The notes: generated from the sequence alone by a model not told the origin. Shown: positions 1 through 10,960, counted from the first letter of the stretch. The stretch is DNA of 64,000 nt from an uncultured Alphaproteobacteria bacterium (GCA_963847345.1 CAWJZU010000008.1:3470-67469); one strand, 5' to 3'. Translations and numbers: made by a program.

Positions 1-369
1 CACGGCGCCTTTCGCCGCGACCCGCAGGTCGGTGCGCTCGACGAGCATGAACCCGCCGCCCATCGCGAAGCCGTTGACCGCGGCAATCACCGGCTTTTCG
101 AGCGCGCCGGTCATGAACGGGTCCTCGATCGCCGGCCGCGCGCCGCCGGGTGCGCCGCGCTGCAGACTCTCCTTCATGTCCTCGCCGGCGCAGAAGCCGC
201 GCCCGGAGCCGGTGAAGATCGCGACCTCGAACCGGTCGTCATGACGGAATTGCGTCCAGGTCTCGGCGAGCGCGGTGCGCAGCTCGGCGTTCAGCGCGTT
301 GAGCCGCTCCGGGCGGTTCATTCGCACGATCAGGATCTGCCCGTGTTCCTCGGTCTCGACGACGGCCAT
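1..369 (-). CDS. enoyl-CoA hydratase/isomerase (crotonase) family protein, N-terminal part only (C-terminus lies beyond window start)
   Basis: Own translation of the minus strand from ATG at 369: MAVVETEEHGQILIVRMNRPERLNALNAELR...FTGSGRGFCAGEDMKE...KPVIAAVNGFAMGGGFML. These are crotonase oxyanion-hole motifs. Absent from the ORF track because it runs off the edge. Confidence 0.85.
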   Translation of the reverse strand, partial: MAVVETEEHGQILIVRMNRPERLNALNAELRTALAETWTQFRHDDRFEVAIFTGSGRGFCAGEDMKESLQRGAPGGARPAIEDPFMTGALEKPVIAAVNGFAMGGGFMLVERTDLRVAAKGAV

Positions 370-478
370 TGCGCCCTCCGGTCGCGTTGGGTTGCGGCGG
401 CGCGCAACCTAGCATCCCCAGGCGTGCGGGCAACACCCGGCAGGCGGCAAAAGCGCGGTTTGCCAGCGCGGACAGCCG

Positions 479-739
479 TCAGCGGTTGCGTCGCAGCTCG
501 GGTCCCGAGGCGGCGTCGACGATGTCGCCCTCGGTGTCGATCGGGCCGCGTTCGCTGTCGCGGTCCCAAGCGATCGCGGCACCGCCGTGGACCGGGCAGT
601 TCTCGTCGATTTCCAGCTCACGCCCGGCAGTTTCCGGCGCGTGACCAGGATCGGGGCAGGTGCAGCCCTGGGCATGCGCCTCGGGCGAGCCCGGGAGCGG
701 CGATAGGCGGTCGGGGGTTGTTCGGCGGTCTTCTGTCAT
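479..739 (-). CDS. small Cys-rich hypothetical protein (86 aa)
   Basis: Internal ATG of track ORF 479..853. MTEDRRTTPDRLSPLPGSPEAHAQGCTCPDPGH...ENCPVHGG... Third codon positions are mostly G/C, like real genes here. No recognisable Shine-Dalgarno sequence. Confidence 0.4.
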   Translation of the reverse strand: MTEDRRTTPDRLSPLPGSPEAHAQGCTCPDPGHAPETAGRELEIDENCPVHGGAAIAWDRDSERGPIDTEGDIVDAASGPELRRNR

Positions 740-940
740 ACCCGCAAGAACCAGAACAGGGCCGGTTTGTTCCCGGCCCCGCGTCGAGGCAAACGGAGGT
801 GGGCCGAATTGGACCCCGGATGATCCGCCAAACTGGCTGGATTGACCCGCCAAATTGACAGCCGGGGCGCCCCGGCTCTATGACCGGACGCCACTGAGAC
901 CCGGACGCTACCGGGCCCATTACGGCCAAGGGATGTTGCG

Positions 941-1648
941 ATGGCGAACAAGGTCTATCCCGATGCCGCGGCGGCGCTCCAGGGGCTGCTGCGCGACGGC
1001 ATGACGATGATGGCCGGCGGGTTCGGCCTGTGCGGCATCCCCGAAAAATTGATCCTGGCGATCCGCGACGCGGGGGTGAGGGACCTCACATTCGTCTCGA
1101 ACAATGCCGGTATCGACGGCGCCGGTCTCGGCCTGCTGCTCGAGACCCGGCAGATCCGCAAGATGATCTCGTCCTATGTCGGCGAGAACCGGCTGTTCGC
1201 CGATCTCTATCTGAAAGGCGAACTCGACCTCGAATTCAACCCGCAGGGCACCCTCGCCGAGCGCATCCGGGCCGGCGGCGCCGGCATCCCGGCGTTCTTC
1301 ACGAAAACCGGCGTCGGCACGCTCGTCGCCGAGGGAAAGGAATTGCGCGAGTTCGACGGCGAGACTTATGTCATGGAGCGCGGCATTGTCGCCGACCTGT
1401 CGATCGTGCATGCCTGGAAGGGCGACCGCGAGGGCAATCTCGTTTATCGCAAGACCGCGCGGAATTTCAATCCGGTGATGGCGACCGCCAGCAGGGTGAC
1501 GGTGGCCGAGGTCGAGCATCTGGTCGAACCCGGCGAGATCGACCCGGACCACATCCATACGCCGGGGATATTTGTGCAGCGCCTCGTGCATTACCCGAAC
1601 TATGAGAAGCGCATCGAGCAGCGCACGGTCAGGAAGCGCGAGGCCTGA
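941..1648 (+). CDS. scoA: 3-oxoacid CoA-transferase subunit A
   Basis: 235 aa. [38 protein letters not shown]..., typical family I CoA-transferase alpha subunit. Followed by the B subunit. Confidence 0.9.
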   Translation: MANKVYPDAAAALQGLLRDGMTMMAGGFGLCGIPEKLILAIRDAGVRDLTFVSNNAGIDGAGLGLLLETRQIRKMISSYVGENRLFADLYLKGELDLEFNPQGTLAERIRAGGAGIPAFFTKTGVGTLVAEGKELREFDGETYVMERGIVADLSIVHAWKGDREGNLVYRKTARNFNPVMATASRVTVAEVEHLVEPGEIDPDHIHTPGIFVQRLVHYPNYEKRIEQRTVRKREA

Positions 1649-1667
1649 GACAGAAGGAGCGAGCGAT

Positions 1668-2315
1668 ATGCCCTGGTCACGCGACGATATGGCGCGGCGG
1701 GCCGCCGCCGAGCTTCGGGACGGGTTTTACGTCAATCTCGGGATCGGCATTCCGACGCTGGTGTCGAACTTCATCCCGCCCGGCATTACCGTGCAGCTGC
1801 AAAGCGAGAACGGCATGATGGGGATGGGGCCGTTCCCCTATGAGGGTGAGGAGGACCCCGACCTGATCAATGCCGGGAAGCAGACCGTCACCGAATTGCC
1901 GAGCACCAGCTATTTCGACAGCGCGCAATCGTTCGGCATGATCCGCGGCGGACATATCGACCTGTCGATCCTCGGCGCGATGCAGGTCTCCGAACACGGC
2001 GATCTGGCGAACTGGATGATCCCCGGACGCATGGTCAAGGGAATGGGCGGCGCGATGGACCTTGTGGCCGGGGTCAAGCGCGTTATCGTGCTGATGGAGC
2101 ACACCGCCAGGGGCGAGCCGAAGCTGCTGCACCGCTGCAACCTGCCGCTGACCGGAGCGGGGGTCGTCGATATGGTGATCACCGATCTAGCGGTCTTCGC
2201 GATCGACAGGAAGGGCGGCGGCATGGAGCTGATCGAGCTCGCTCCCGACGTGTCGCTGGCCGACGTCATTCGGCAGACCGAGGCCGCGTTCCGAGCCCGC
2301 CCCGGCCTGGGGTAA
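1668..2315 (+). CDS. scoB: 3-oxoacid CoA-transferase subunit B
   Basis: Internal ATG at 1668 preceded by [38 protein letters not shown]...[14 protein letters not shown] (catalytic-Glu SENG motif). Confidence 0.9.
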   Translation: MPWSRDDMARRAAAELRDGFYVNLGIGIPTLVSNFIPPGITVQLQSENGMMGMGPFPYEGEEDPDLINAGKQTVTELPSTSYFDSAQSFGMIRGGHIDLSILGAMQVSEHGDLANWMIPGRMVKGMGGAMDLVAGVKRVIVLMEHTARGEPKLLHRCNLPLTGAGVVDMVITDLAVFAIDRKGGGMELIELAPDVSLADVIRQTEAAFRARPGLG

Positions 2316-2686
2316 CGCGCGGGGCCGGATTATTGCACCGGACGCGCGGCGGCGAACCATGATGTCCGCGAACGCGGCGGCGTCCTCAATGGCGGCGCCG
2401 ATCTGATCATCAGCGGCGACGGCGACCTGCCGATTTTCGCCGGTGGCATTCAAGAGCGACCCATATATGCATGGTTCGCTGAACTTGCCGATGCAAACTC
2501 GTTTGGAGCCGCTCGTCAGGATATTTTCCTATCGGTGTTCGTCGTATTTATACGAGCGGTCTTTCGTAAGTGCTGAAAAGCAGGAGAATTGGTGCTTGGC
2601 AGGCCCGCAGGGAGTCATCATCGACCAATCACGCGGAACACTGACACCGCAAAGCGTGTCGGATTTGCAATTCATGGAGGGGGTAG

Positions 2687-5404
2687 ATGCCAGAAACGAA
2701 CAGACAAAGCCTGGAAACAATGGAAGCAAAACGGCTGCTCGATGCGCGCGACGGAACTCCGTGGCGGCTATGGGGACCATATCTCAGCGAACGGCAATGG
2801 GGGACCGTCCGCGAAGACTATAGCGAGGGCGGCAACGCCTGGGACTACTTTACCCATGATCAGGCGCGCTCACGCGCTTATCACTGGGGTGAGGACGGGC
2901 TCGCGGGCTTCAGCGACGAGAAACAACGGCTATGCTTCTCGATCGCTCTGTGGAACGGGAAGGACCCGATCCTCAAGGAACGGCTGTTCGGTCTGACCAA
3001 CAGCGAGGGGAACCACGGCGAAGACGTCAAGGAATATTACTTCTATCTCGACAGCACGCCGACCCACTCGTATATGAAATATCTTTATAAATATCCGCAG
3101 AATGCATACCCTTATAGCGATCTCATCGAGACAAGCCGGCGGCGCGGCCGCAATGACACGGAGTACGAACTACTCGATACTGGGATATTCAACGAAGATC
3201 GATATTTTGATGTGTTTGTCGAGTACGCCAAGGCAGCGCCCGGCGATATCCTGATTCAGATCGGCCTGTGCAATCGGGGTCCGGAGGCTGCGACGTTGCA
3301 CCTGCTGCCGAGCTTGTACTTCCGTAACAGCTGGACGTGGTGGCCGGATCACGAGAAGCCCTCGCTGCGCGAGACAAAGGGGAAAAACGGCGCCGTCACG
3401 ATCGAGGCGACGCATCCGGAGTTGGGTGACTATTCGCTGTCATGCGAGGGCAGTCCGGCGCTGTTGTTCACCGAAAACGAGACCAACAACGAGCGGATCT
3501 TCGGCACGCCGAACGCGCGCCCCTATGTCAAGGATGCGTTCCACGACTATGTCGTGGCCGGCAGACAGGATGCCGTCAACCCGAACCGGACCGGCACCAA
3601 GGCCGCCGCGTACTATCAGGTAACCGTAGAGGCGGGGCAGACCTCGGTCATCCGCCTGCGGCTCGGCGACAGTCCCCTCGATGCGCCATTCGATGGTCAA
3701 TTTGCTCGAATCGTCGATATGCGCCGGCGCGAGGCCGACGAGTTTTACCGGGCGATCACCCCGGCCGGTGTAAGTGACGACGCGGCCAATGTGATGCGGC
3801 AGGCCCTGGCCGGCATGCTGTGGAGCAAGCAGTATTTCTTTTACGACACCGACAAATGGCTGGAGGAACACGGCGCCGACCCGCTGCACCCCTACACACG
3901 CCAGGGAGTCCGCAACCGCGAGTGGTTCCACCTGATCGGCGATAATGTCATCTCGATGCCCGACAAATGGGAATACCCGTGGTTTGCCGCCTGGGATCTG
4001 GCGTTCCACACAATCGCCCTGGCCAGCGTCGACATCGATTTTGCCAAGCAGCAGCTCAACCTGCTGCTCAACCAGCTCTACCTGCACCCGACCGGTCAAA
4101 TCCCGGCCTATGAGTGGAATTTCAGCGACGTGAACCCGCCGGTGCAGGCATGGGCGGCGATTTATGTCTATCGCATGGAACAGGCGTTGCGGGGCAAGAC
4201 GGATATCGACTTCCTGAAGGGGGTGTTCGGCAAGCTTTCGGCGAATTTCGGCTGGTGGGTGAATCGCAAGGACCGATTCGGCCGCAGCCTGTTCGAGGGC
4301 GGGTTTCTCGGGCTCGACAATATCGGGGTGTTCGATCGCAGCGCGCCATTGCCGACCGGCGGCCATCTCGAGCAGGCGGATGGCACGGCCTGGGTGGCCT
4401 TGTTCTGTCAGAACATGCTGGAAATCGCCGCCGAGCTTGCGGCGCACGATCGGACCTACGAGGAGCTGGCAGTAAATTACGCGATCGAGTTCCTGCTGAT
4501 CGCCCGCGCGATGAACGGCATCGGTGCGGGCGGCATGTGGGACGAGGAGGACGGCTTCTATTACGACGTGCTGCGGCTGCCCGACGGCAGCTCGCAGCGC
4601 CTCAAGGTGCGCTCGATGGTTGGCCTCCTGCCGCTCTGCGCCACGACGATGATCGAGAAGTGGCAGCGGGAACGGGCCCCGACTCTCGTGCAGCATATTC
4701 GCGAGCGCCTCGATCGCATGCCGGAGCTTCGCGAATTGATCCACGCGACCGGTCCAGGCCACTTTGGCGTCGCCGAACGCGGCATCTACAGTCTGGTCAA
4801 TGAGCAGCGGTTACGCCGGATCCTGACCCGTATGCTCGACGAGAACGAGTTTCTCAGCCCCTACGGCATCCGCTCGCTGTCCCGCTACCATGCCGAGCAT
4901 CCCTATGTCTTTTCGGTCGGCGGTCAGGAATTTCGGGTCGGCTATCTGCCGGCGGAGTCGGACAGCGGCATGTTCGGCGGCAACTCGAACTGGCGCGGTC
5001 CGGTGTGGCTGCCGGTCAACGCGCTGATAATCCGCTCGCTGCTGCACTACTACGCGTATCACGGCGACAATTTCAAGATCGAGTGCCCGACCGGGTCCGG
5101 CAAGCTGATGAACCTGTTCGAGGTGGCGCACGAGATCGCCAATCGGCTGACGCGGATCTTTCTGCGCGATGAAACCGGCCGGCGGCCTGTGTACGGCGGC
5201 AGCGAAAAATTCCAGAACGACCCCCACTGGCGCGACCATCTGCTGTTCTACGAGTATTTTCACGGCGACAATGGCGCCGGTATCGGTGCCAGCCATCAGA
5301 CCGGGTGGACCGGCGGGGTCGCCACGCTGATCGAACTTTTCGGTAAGCTCGACGCGCAAGCTTTGCTGCGCGGTGGGACCGAAGCCGCCTTCAGCCGAGA
5401 ATAA
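2687..5404 (+). CDS. GH63-like (MGH1-type) glycoside hydrolase / glucosidase
   Basis: 905 aa. RBS GGAGGGGG before the ATG. N-terminus WRLWGPYLSERQWGTVREDYS...NAWDYF and the length are typical of bacterial GH63-like enzymes of the mannosylglycerate/glucosylglycerate hydrolase type. Confidence 0.8.
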   Translation: MPETNRQSLETMEAKRLLDARDGTPWRLWGPYLSERQWGTVREDYSEGGNAWDYFTHDQARSRAYHWGEDGLAGFSDEKQRLCFSIALWNGKDPILKERLFGLTNSEGNHGEDVKEYYFYLDSTPTHSYMKYLYKYPQNAYPYSDLIETSRRRGRNDTEYELLDTGIFNEDRYFDVFVEYAKAAPGDILIQIGLCNRGPEAATLHLLPSLYFRNSWTWWPDHEKPSLRETKGKNGAVTIEATHPELGDYSLSCEGSPALLFTENETNNERIFGTPNARPYVKDAFHDYVVAGRQDAVNPNRTGTKAAAYYQVTVEAGQTSVIRLRLGDSPLDAPFDGQFARIVDMRRREADEFYRAITPAGVSDDAANVMRQALAGMLWSKQYFFYDTDKWLEEHGADPLHPYTRQGVRNREWFHLIGDNVISMPDKWEYPWFAAWDLAFHTIALASVDIDFAKQQLNLLLNQLYLHPTGQIPAYEWNFSDVNPPVQAWAAIYVYRMEQALRGKTDIDFLKGVFGKLSANFGWWVNRKDRFGRSLFEGGFLGLDNIGVFDRSAPLPTGGHLEQADGTAWVALFCQNMLEIAAELAAHDRTYEELAVNYAIEFLLIARAMNGIGAGGMWDEEDGFYYDVLRLPDGSSQRLKVRSMVGLLPLCATTMIEKWQRERAPTLVQHIRERLDRMPELRELIHATGPGHFGVAERGIYSLVNEQRLRRILTRMLDENEFLSPYGIRSLSRYHAEHPYVFSVGGQEFRVGYLPAESDSGMFGGNSNWRGPVWLPVNALIIRSLLHYYAYHGDNFKIECPTGSGKLMNLFEVAHEIANRLTRIFLRDETGRRPVYGGSEKFQNDPHWRDHLLFYEYFHGDNGAGIGASHQTGWTGGVATLIELFGKLDAQALLRGGTEAAFSRE

Positions 5405-5438
5405 GGAATAATCCTCCAACAACGAGGGGAGAAAATCC

Positions 5439-6923
5439 ATGGCGGCAGCACGTTATCCGACGCTTTTCGAGATCAATGCGCGTGTATGGCTTCGGCGGCT
5501 GTCCGCCGCGGCAGGCAAGGGCATCACTCTGGCCGACATTGACGAAGCCACGCTGGACGGCTTCGCGAAACAGGGGTTCGACTGGATCTGGCTGCTGAGC
5601 GTCTGGCAGACCGGTGCCGCCGGCCAGGCCGTCTCGCGCGGCAATCCGCAATGGCGCACCGAGTTCGAGACGGTTCTGCCGGACCTTGCCGAGGACGATA
5701 TCTGCGGCTCCGGTTTTGCGATCACGGCTTACACGGTCAGCGACGCGCTGGGCGGCGAGCCGGCGCTGGCGGCATTCCGCGAGAAGCTGGCCAGGCGCGG
5801 CATCCAGCTGATGCTTGACTTCGTGCCCAACCATACCGCCATCGACCATCCCTGGGTCCGGGATCGCCCCGATTACTATGTGCAGGGCAACGAGGTCATG
5901 CTGTCCGGTTCGCCGCATAATTACATACGCGTCAAGACCAATGCGGGACCCAGAATTCTGGCCTATGGCCGCGATCCTAATTTCCCGGGTTGGCCGGATA
6001 CATTACAGCTCGATTATTCCAATGCCGCGCTACGGGCGGCGCGGATCGAGGAGTTGACCGCGATCGCCGGCAAGTGCGACGGCGTGCGCTGCGACATGGC
6101 GATGCTGCTATTGCCGGAAATTTTCCAGCGCACCTGGGGCGTGACGCCGGAGCCGTTCTGGCCGAATGCAACGGCTGCCGTGCACGCGAGATATCCCGCG
6201 TTCACCTTCATGGCGGAGGTCTACTGGGACCTCGAATGGCCATTGCAGCAGCAGGGCTTCGCCTATTGCTACGACAAGCGGCTCTATGACCGGCTCAAAG
6301 ACGGGGCCGCGAGACCGATCCGCGACCATTTTCGCGCCGGCCTCGACTATCAGGACAGGCTGGCCCGCTTTCTCGAAAACCACGACGAGCCGCGGGCCGC
6401 GATCGAATTTCCCTGGCCGCAGCATCAGGCGGCGGCGATCATCACCTTTCTGTCGCCCGGCCTACGCTTCTTCCATCAGGGACAGTTCGAGGGAGCGCGG
6501 ATCCGGGTGCCGACCCATCTTTGCCGCGGGCCGGTGGAACCGACGAACTCGGACGTCCAAGTATTCTACACGCGGCTGCTGCAGGTGCTGCGGACGACCA
6601 AAGCCTTTCGCGACGGCTCCTGGTCAGAGATCGAACCGCAACCCGCATGGTCGGGCAACTGGACCGCCGATGGCTTCATCGCCTATGCCTGGACAGGCGA
6701 AGGCAGTCGGTACGTCGTCGTCGTCAACTATGCCGGCAACCAGGGGCAGTGCCGGCTGCCGCTGCCATTCCCGGAACTTCGTGGTCGGCAAATACGCCTT
6801 GCCGATGCCATGGGGACCGAAATATACGATCACGACGGCACGGACCTCGTCGATAACGGCCTCTATATCGATCACAGCCCCTGGCATTTCAACGTGTTCG
6901 AGTTGCACGCCATCGGGCATTAA
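5439..6923 (+). CDS. alpha-amylase family (GH13) protein
   Basis: 494 aa. All four GH13 conserved regions are present: DFVPNH, DGVRCDMA, MAEVYWD, FLENHDEPR. Confidence 0.85.
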   Translation: MAAARYPTLFEINARVWLRRLSAAAGKGITLADIDEATLDGFAKQGFDWIWLLSVWQTGAAGQAVSRGNPQWRTEFETVLPDLAEDDICGSGFAITAYTVSDALGGEPALAAFREKLARRGIQLMLDFVPNHTAIDHPWVRDRPDYYVQGNEVMLSGSPHNYIRVKTNAGPRILAYGRDPNFPGWPDTLQLDYSNAALRAARIEELTAIAGKCDGVRCDMAMLLLPEIFQRTWGVTPEPFWPNATAAVHARYPAFTFMAEVYWDLEWPLQQQGFAYCYDKRLYDRLKDGAARPIRDHFRAGLDYQDRLARFLENHDEPRAAIEFPWPQHQAAAIITFLSPGLRFFHQGQFEGARIRVPTHLCRGPVEPTNSDVQVFYTRLLQVLRTTKAFRDGSWSEIEPQPAWSGNWTADGFIAYAWTGEGSRYVVVVNYAGNQGQCRLPLPFPELRGRQIRLADAMGTEIYDHDGTDLVDNGLYIDHSPWHFNVFELHAIGH

Positions 6924-7358
6924 ACGATGCCGCGTAGGTTCGCCATGGCCGTGCTGGCATTATCGCTGATGGCCTGCAGCTGACAAAGAGAGGAAACATC
7001 AGCCATCTTCAGTAATACGTGACATCCATCCGTTGCAGGGGGAAGCCCTGATCCGGCGAAGGAAAATTTAGCAGGAACATGAGGAAAAGTGAAACGTTGC
7101 CCGGGTATGAACTCTCCTGAATGTCGCGACGGTCAAAAAGACACCTAATGGTTCGCCGTAGCGAAGTGAAATAATATCGCTTCGACATCCCCTCTCTCCT
7201 TTTTCTCGCCGTAAGGACCACGAATGCCGAGCAGAAGAAGCCGGCGCGTGTGTGGTCCCGTGCGCTCCTTGGCGGGTGGGGCACTGCGCTGCCGGTTGCA
7301 AGAACGGTTAACGGCCGCTCGCGCCACCAGCGTAGAGTGCATGGAAGGGGCCGCGGGT

Positions 7359-8114
7359 TTACGGCGGCTCCGGCGTGCCGGCAGGGCGACTGGAGGTCGT
7401 GTCCCGATCGGATGCAACCAGTTCGAGGCTCGATTTGTCGCCTTTTGGCCGCACCTGATCGAGCGGTTTGCCGTAAACGAGGTAATAGAGGTCTTCCGCG
7501 ATGTTGGTCGCGTGGTCGCCGATGCGCTCGATGTTCTTCGCCATGAACAAGAGGTGCGTGTAGACGCCGATATTGCGCGGATCCTCCATCATGTAGGTCA
7601 GGAACTCGCGGAACAGGCTCGAATACATCTCGTCGAGCTCTTCGTCGCGATTCCACACGTCGAGCGCCTTGTCGGCATCGCGATCCACGTAGGCGTCGAT
7701 CACGTCCTTGATCAGCAGCAGCGCGAGGTGCGCCATCCGCGGCAGCGCGTGCGCCGGCTGCATCGGCGGCGATTGCGCGAGCGCGATAGAACGTTTGGCG
7801 ACATTGGCGGCATAATCGCAGATTCGCTCGAGATCGCTGGCGATCTTCAGCGCGGCAACGACCTCGCGCAGATCGCGCGCCATCGGCTGGCGCAGCGCCA
7901 GCAGCCTAACCGCCAGATTGTCGAGATCACGCTCGAGCTGATCCACCTTGTCGTCGCCCTGGATGACTTGCGCTGCGAGATCGCTGTCGCGCTTGACCAC
8001 GGCCTCGATCGCGGCGGCGAGCTGGCTTTCCGCCATCCCGCCCATCTCGACAATGATCTGTTTCAGGCGATCGAGTTCCTCGTCATAGCTCTTGACGATG
8101 TGTTCGGAAGGCAT
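7359..8114 (-). CDS. phoU: phosphate signaling complex protein PhoU
   Basis: MPSEHIVKSYDEELDRLKQIIVEMGGMAE... with duplicated PhoU repeats (ERICDYAANVAK / ERIGDHATNIAE). Last gene of the pst operon. Confidence 0.93.
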   Translation of the reverse strand: MPSEHIVKSYDEELDRLKQIIVEMGGMAESQLAAAIEAVVKRDSDLAAQVIQGDDKVDQLERDLDNLAVRLLALRQPMARDLREVVAALKIASDLERICDYAANVAKRSIALAQSPPMQPAHALPRMAHLALLLIKDVIDAYVDRDADKALDVWNRDEELDEMYSSLFREFLTYMMEDPRNIGVYTHLLFMAKNIERIGDHATNIAEDLYYLVYGKPLDQVRPKGDKSSLELVASDRDTTSSRPAGTPEPP

Positions 8115-8131
8115 CTGCGCGTTCCCCGCTC

Positions 8132-8920
8132 TCAGCCGAATCGCCCAGTGATGTAGTCCTCGGTCTGTCGCTTCGCCGGATGCGTAAAGATCGTCTCCGT
8201 CTCGTCAAACTCGATCAGTTCGCCGAGGTAAAGAAATGCCGTGTAGTCCGAGGTGCGCGCCGCCTGTTGCATGTTGTGGGTGACGATCGCGATGCAATAA
8301 TCGTCCTTCAGCTCGGCGATCAGTTCCTCGATGCGCTGCGTCGAGAGCGGGTCGAGCGCCGAAGCCGGCTCGTCGAGCAGCAGGATCTCCGGGCGGATCG
8401 CGATCCCGCGCGCGATGCACAGGCGCTGCTGCTGTCCGCCGGACAGGCTGAGCCCACTTTGCCGCAGCTTGTCGCTGACCTCGTCCCACAGTGCGGCGCC
8501 GCGCAGGGCCGCTTCGACCCGGTCGTCGAGTTCACTTTTCGGCAGCCTTTCGTAAAGCCGGATGCCGAACGCGATGTTGTCGTAGATCGACATCGGAAAC
8601 GGGGTCGGCTTTTGGAACACCATCCCGACCCTGGCGCGCAGCAGGTTCAGATCGACGCCGGGAGCCAGTATATCGACCCCGTCGATCAACACCTCGCCGG
8701 TCGCGACCTGTCCCGGGTAAAGCTGATAGATGCGGTTCAGGATGCGCAGCAGCGTGGACTTGCCGCAGCCCGATGGGCCGATGAACGCGGTGACGCGCCG
8801 GTCGTAGAGCGGCAGCGTGATCCCATGCAGCGCTTTGAACTTGCCGTAATAAAAGTCGATGTTGCGGAGATCGACCTTGACCTTCGGCGCCGGGTCGGTG
8901 GCGGGCGCCCGCTGACCCAC
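8132..8920 (-). CDS. pstB: phosphate ABC transporter ATP-binding protein PstB (start uncertain)
   Basis: Walker [10 protein letters not shown], signature LSGGQQQRL, Walker B LLLDEP. GTG start at 8920 taken from the track; see the finding on the pstA-pstB junction. Confidence 0.93.
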   Translation of the reverse strand: MGQRAPATDPAPKVKVDLRNIDFYYGKFKALHGITLPLYDRRVTAFIGPSGCGKSTLLRILNRIYQLYPGQVATGEVLIDGVDILAPGVDLNLLRARVGMVFQKPTPFPMSIYDNIAFGIRLYERLPKSELDDRVEAALRGAALWDEVSDKLRQSGLSLSGGQQQRLCIARGIAIRPEILLLDEPASALDPLSTQRIEELIAELKDDYCIAIVTHNMQQAARTSDYTAFLYLGELIEFDETETIFTHPAKRQTEDYITGRFG

Positions 8921-9037
8921 CGTAACCGGGCGCGGCGTAAGCGGCGGCGCCGCGGCGCGGCTCTCGCGATGGCGATCGGTGCGCGCCGGCGGCGGCGGGT
9001 TCTCGCTCGGCGTCGATCGAGCGTGCGAAGCGGGAGT

Positions 9038-9880
9038 TCATGGCTTGAAGCTGCTCCACGAGGCCAGAATTCGGGCCGTGATGTTGAGGACGAGCACCGC
9101 CGCGGTGATCAGCAGCGCGCCGCCCCAGGCGAGCGCCTGCCAATCGGCGTAGGGGCTCATCGCGAACTGGAAGATGACCACCGGCAGATTGGCCATCGGC
9201 GCGTTGAGGTCGGTGCTCCAGAACTGGTTGTTGAGCGCGGTGAACAGCAGCGGCGCGGTCTCGCCGGAGATCCGGGCGACCGCCAGCAGCACGCCGGTCA
9301 ACATGCCCTGCACCGCGGCGCGGTAGGCGATCATCACGATGACCTTCCATTTCGGCGCGCCGAGCGCGGTGGCCGCCTCGCGCAGTGCGCTCGGCACCAG
9401 CCGCAGCATGTCCTCGGTCGTGCGCACGACAACCGGGACCGTGATGATCGCGAGCGCCACCACGCCGGCCCAGGCCGAGAAATGACCCATGCGCAGCACG
9501 AGAACCTCGTAGACGAACAGGCCGATGATGATCGATGGCGCACTCAAGAGGATGTCGTTGACAAAGCGCACGACCTCCCCAGTCCAGTGTCCGCGCGCGT
9601 ATTCGGCAAGAAACGTCCCCGCGAGAATGCCGGTCGGGGTGCCGATCGCCGTCGCGATGCCGACCATGATCAGGCTGCCGACAATCGCGTTCAGGAGACC
9701 GCCGTCGCTGCCGGGCGGCGGCGTCATCTGCGTGAAGATCGCCGGTCCGATCGCGCCGATGCCGCCGATCAGCAGCGAGCCCAGCACCAGCAACAATAGC
9801 GCAAGCCCAACCGCGGTCGCGACAAACGACAGCCCGATGATGGTGCGATTGGCCAGGACCCGTCTGTGATAAAGGTCCAT
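9038..9880 (-). CDS. pstA: phosphate ABC transporter permease PstA
   Basis: 280-aa polytopic membrane protein positioned between pstC and pstB. Contains an EAA-like loop ([14 protein letters not shown]). Confidence 0.9.
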   Translation of the reverse strand: MDLYHRRVLANRTIIGLSFVATAVGLALLLLVLGSLLIGGIGAIGPAIFTQMTPPPGSDGGLLNAIVGSLIMVGIATAIGTPTGILAGTFLAEYARGHWTGEVVRFVNDILLSAPSIIIGLFVYEVLVLRMGHFSAWAGVVALAIITVPVVVRTTEDMLRLVPSALREAATALGAPKWKVIVMIAYRAAVQGMLTGVLLAVARISGETAPLLFTALNNQFWSTDLNAPMANLPVVIFQFAMSPYADWQALAWGGALLITAAVLVLNITARILASWSSFKP

Positions 9881-9882
9881 CT

Positions 9883-10857
9883 CTACCCCCCCGCCTGCCG
9901 CTCGAGGTGGATCAGCAAAATCTTGGCGGCGGCGAGGACGAAGAACGTGATCACGAACAGGATCAGTCCGAGCGCAATCAGTGAGGACAGATAGAGGTCG
10001 CCGACCGCCTCGGTGAATTCGTTCGCCAACGCCGCCGAAATCGTCGTCCCGGGCTGCAGCAGCGAGGCGCTGATGCGGTGCGCGTTGCCGATCACGAACG
10101 TCACGGCCATCGTCTCGCCGAGTGCGCGTCCAAGTCCCAGCAGGATGCCCCCGACGACGCCGATCCGCGCATAGGGCAGCACGACCTGCCAGACCACTTC
10201 AGCCGTCGTCGAACCGAGTGCATAGGCGCTTTCCTTCAGCACCGGCGGCACAGTCTCGAACACGTCGCGCATCACCGAGGCGATAAACGGCAGCACCATG
10301 ACCGACAGAATAAACCCAGCGGTCAGGACGCCGATGCCCAGCGGCGGCCCGGCGAACAGCAGGCCGATGCCCGGGATGTTGCCGAGCGTGTTGATCAGCG
10401 CCGGCTGGACATAGGCTTGCAGAAACGGCGCGAGCACGAACAGACCCCAGATGCCGTAGATGATGCTTGGGATCGCGGCGAGCAGCTCGATCATCGTGCC
10501 GAGCGGCCGCTTCAGCCAGACCGGGCACAATTCGGTGATGAACAGCGCAACGCCGAACGCGACCGGTATGCCGATCGCCATCGCGATCGCCGACGTCACG
10601 AGGGTGCCATAAATTGGCGCAAGCGCGCCGAACTGCTCCGTGACCGGGTTCCAGGTCTCGGTCGCGATGAAATTGAAACCGAATTTCCGTAGCGCCGGCA
10701 ATGAACCGTAAATCAGCGCCGCGATGACGCCGCACAGCACCAGCAGCACAAGCAGCGCGAAAACCAGCGTCACGCCGTGGAATGCCCTGTCGGCGAACGC
10801 TCCGCGCTGGCCGGCTCCGGCCGCGATTCGCGTCCTACCCAGTGTTTCCGCCGTCAT
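9883..10857 (-). CDS. pstC: phosphate ABC transporter permease PstC
   Basis: 324-aa membrane protein. [22 protein letters not shown] loop. Operon position after pstS. Confidence 0.9.
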   Translation of the reverse strand: MTAETLGRTRIAAGAGQRGAFADRAFHGVTLVFALLVLLVLCGVIAALIYGSLPALRKFGFNFIATETWNPVTEQFGALAPIYGTLVTSAIAMAIGIPVAFGVALFITELCPVWLKRPLGTMIELLAAIPSIIYGIWGLFVLAPFLQAYVQPALINTLGNIPGIGLLFAGPPLGIGVLTAGFILSVMVLPFIASVMRDVFETVPPVLKESAYALGSTTAEVVWQVVLPYARIGVVGGILLGLGRALGETMAVTFVIGNAHRISASLLQPGTTISAALANEFTEAVGDLYLSSLIALGLILFVITFFVLAAAKILLIHLERQAGG

Positions 10858-10960
10858 GACTGCTCCGTCCGACGTGCTACTTGGCGCAGCGAATCCGAAG
10901 AGGCGCCCTCCCCGCCACCCGGGGAAGGCACCTCTTCTCAGTTAGGAATCGCGGGGCCGA

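Noticed and set aside
2330-2453. Minus-strand peptide ...ATGENRQVAVAADDQIGAAIEDAAAFADIMV downstream of scoB, a possible gene remnant
   Set aside because: There is no start or stop context and I recognise no family. It may be a fragment, but I cannot support any call.
6927-6980. 17-codon ORF MPRRFAMAVLALSLMACS: a lipoprotein signal peptide followed by an immediate stop
   Set aside because: Too short to be a functional lipoprotein, with only one residue after the lipobox Cys. It is probably the stump of a deleted gene, or chance.
8180-9799. 539-aa plus-strand ORF across pstB/pstA
   Set aside because: It is antisense to two well-supported transporter genes. Its Arg/Ala/Asp-rich low-complexity translation is typical of shadow ORFs in high-GC DNA.
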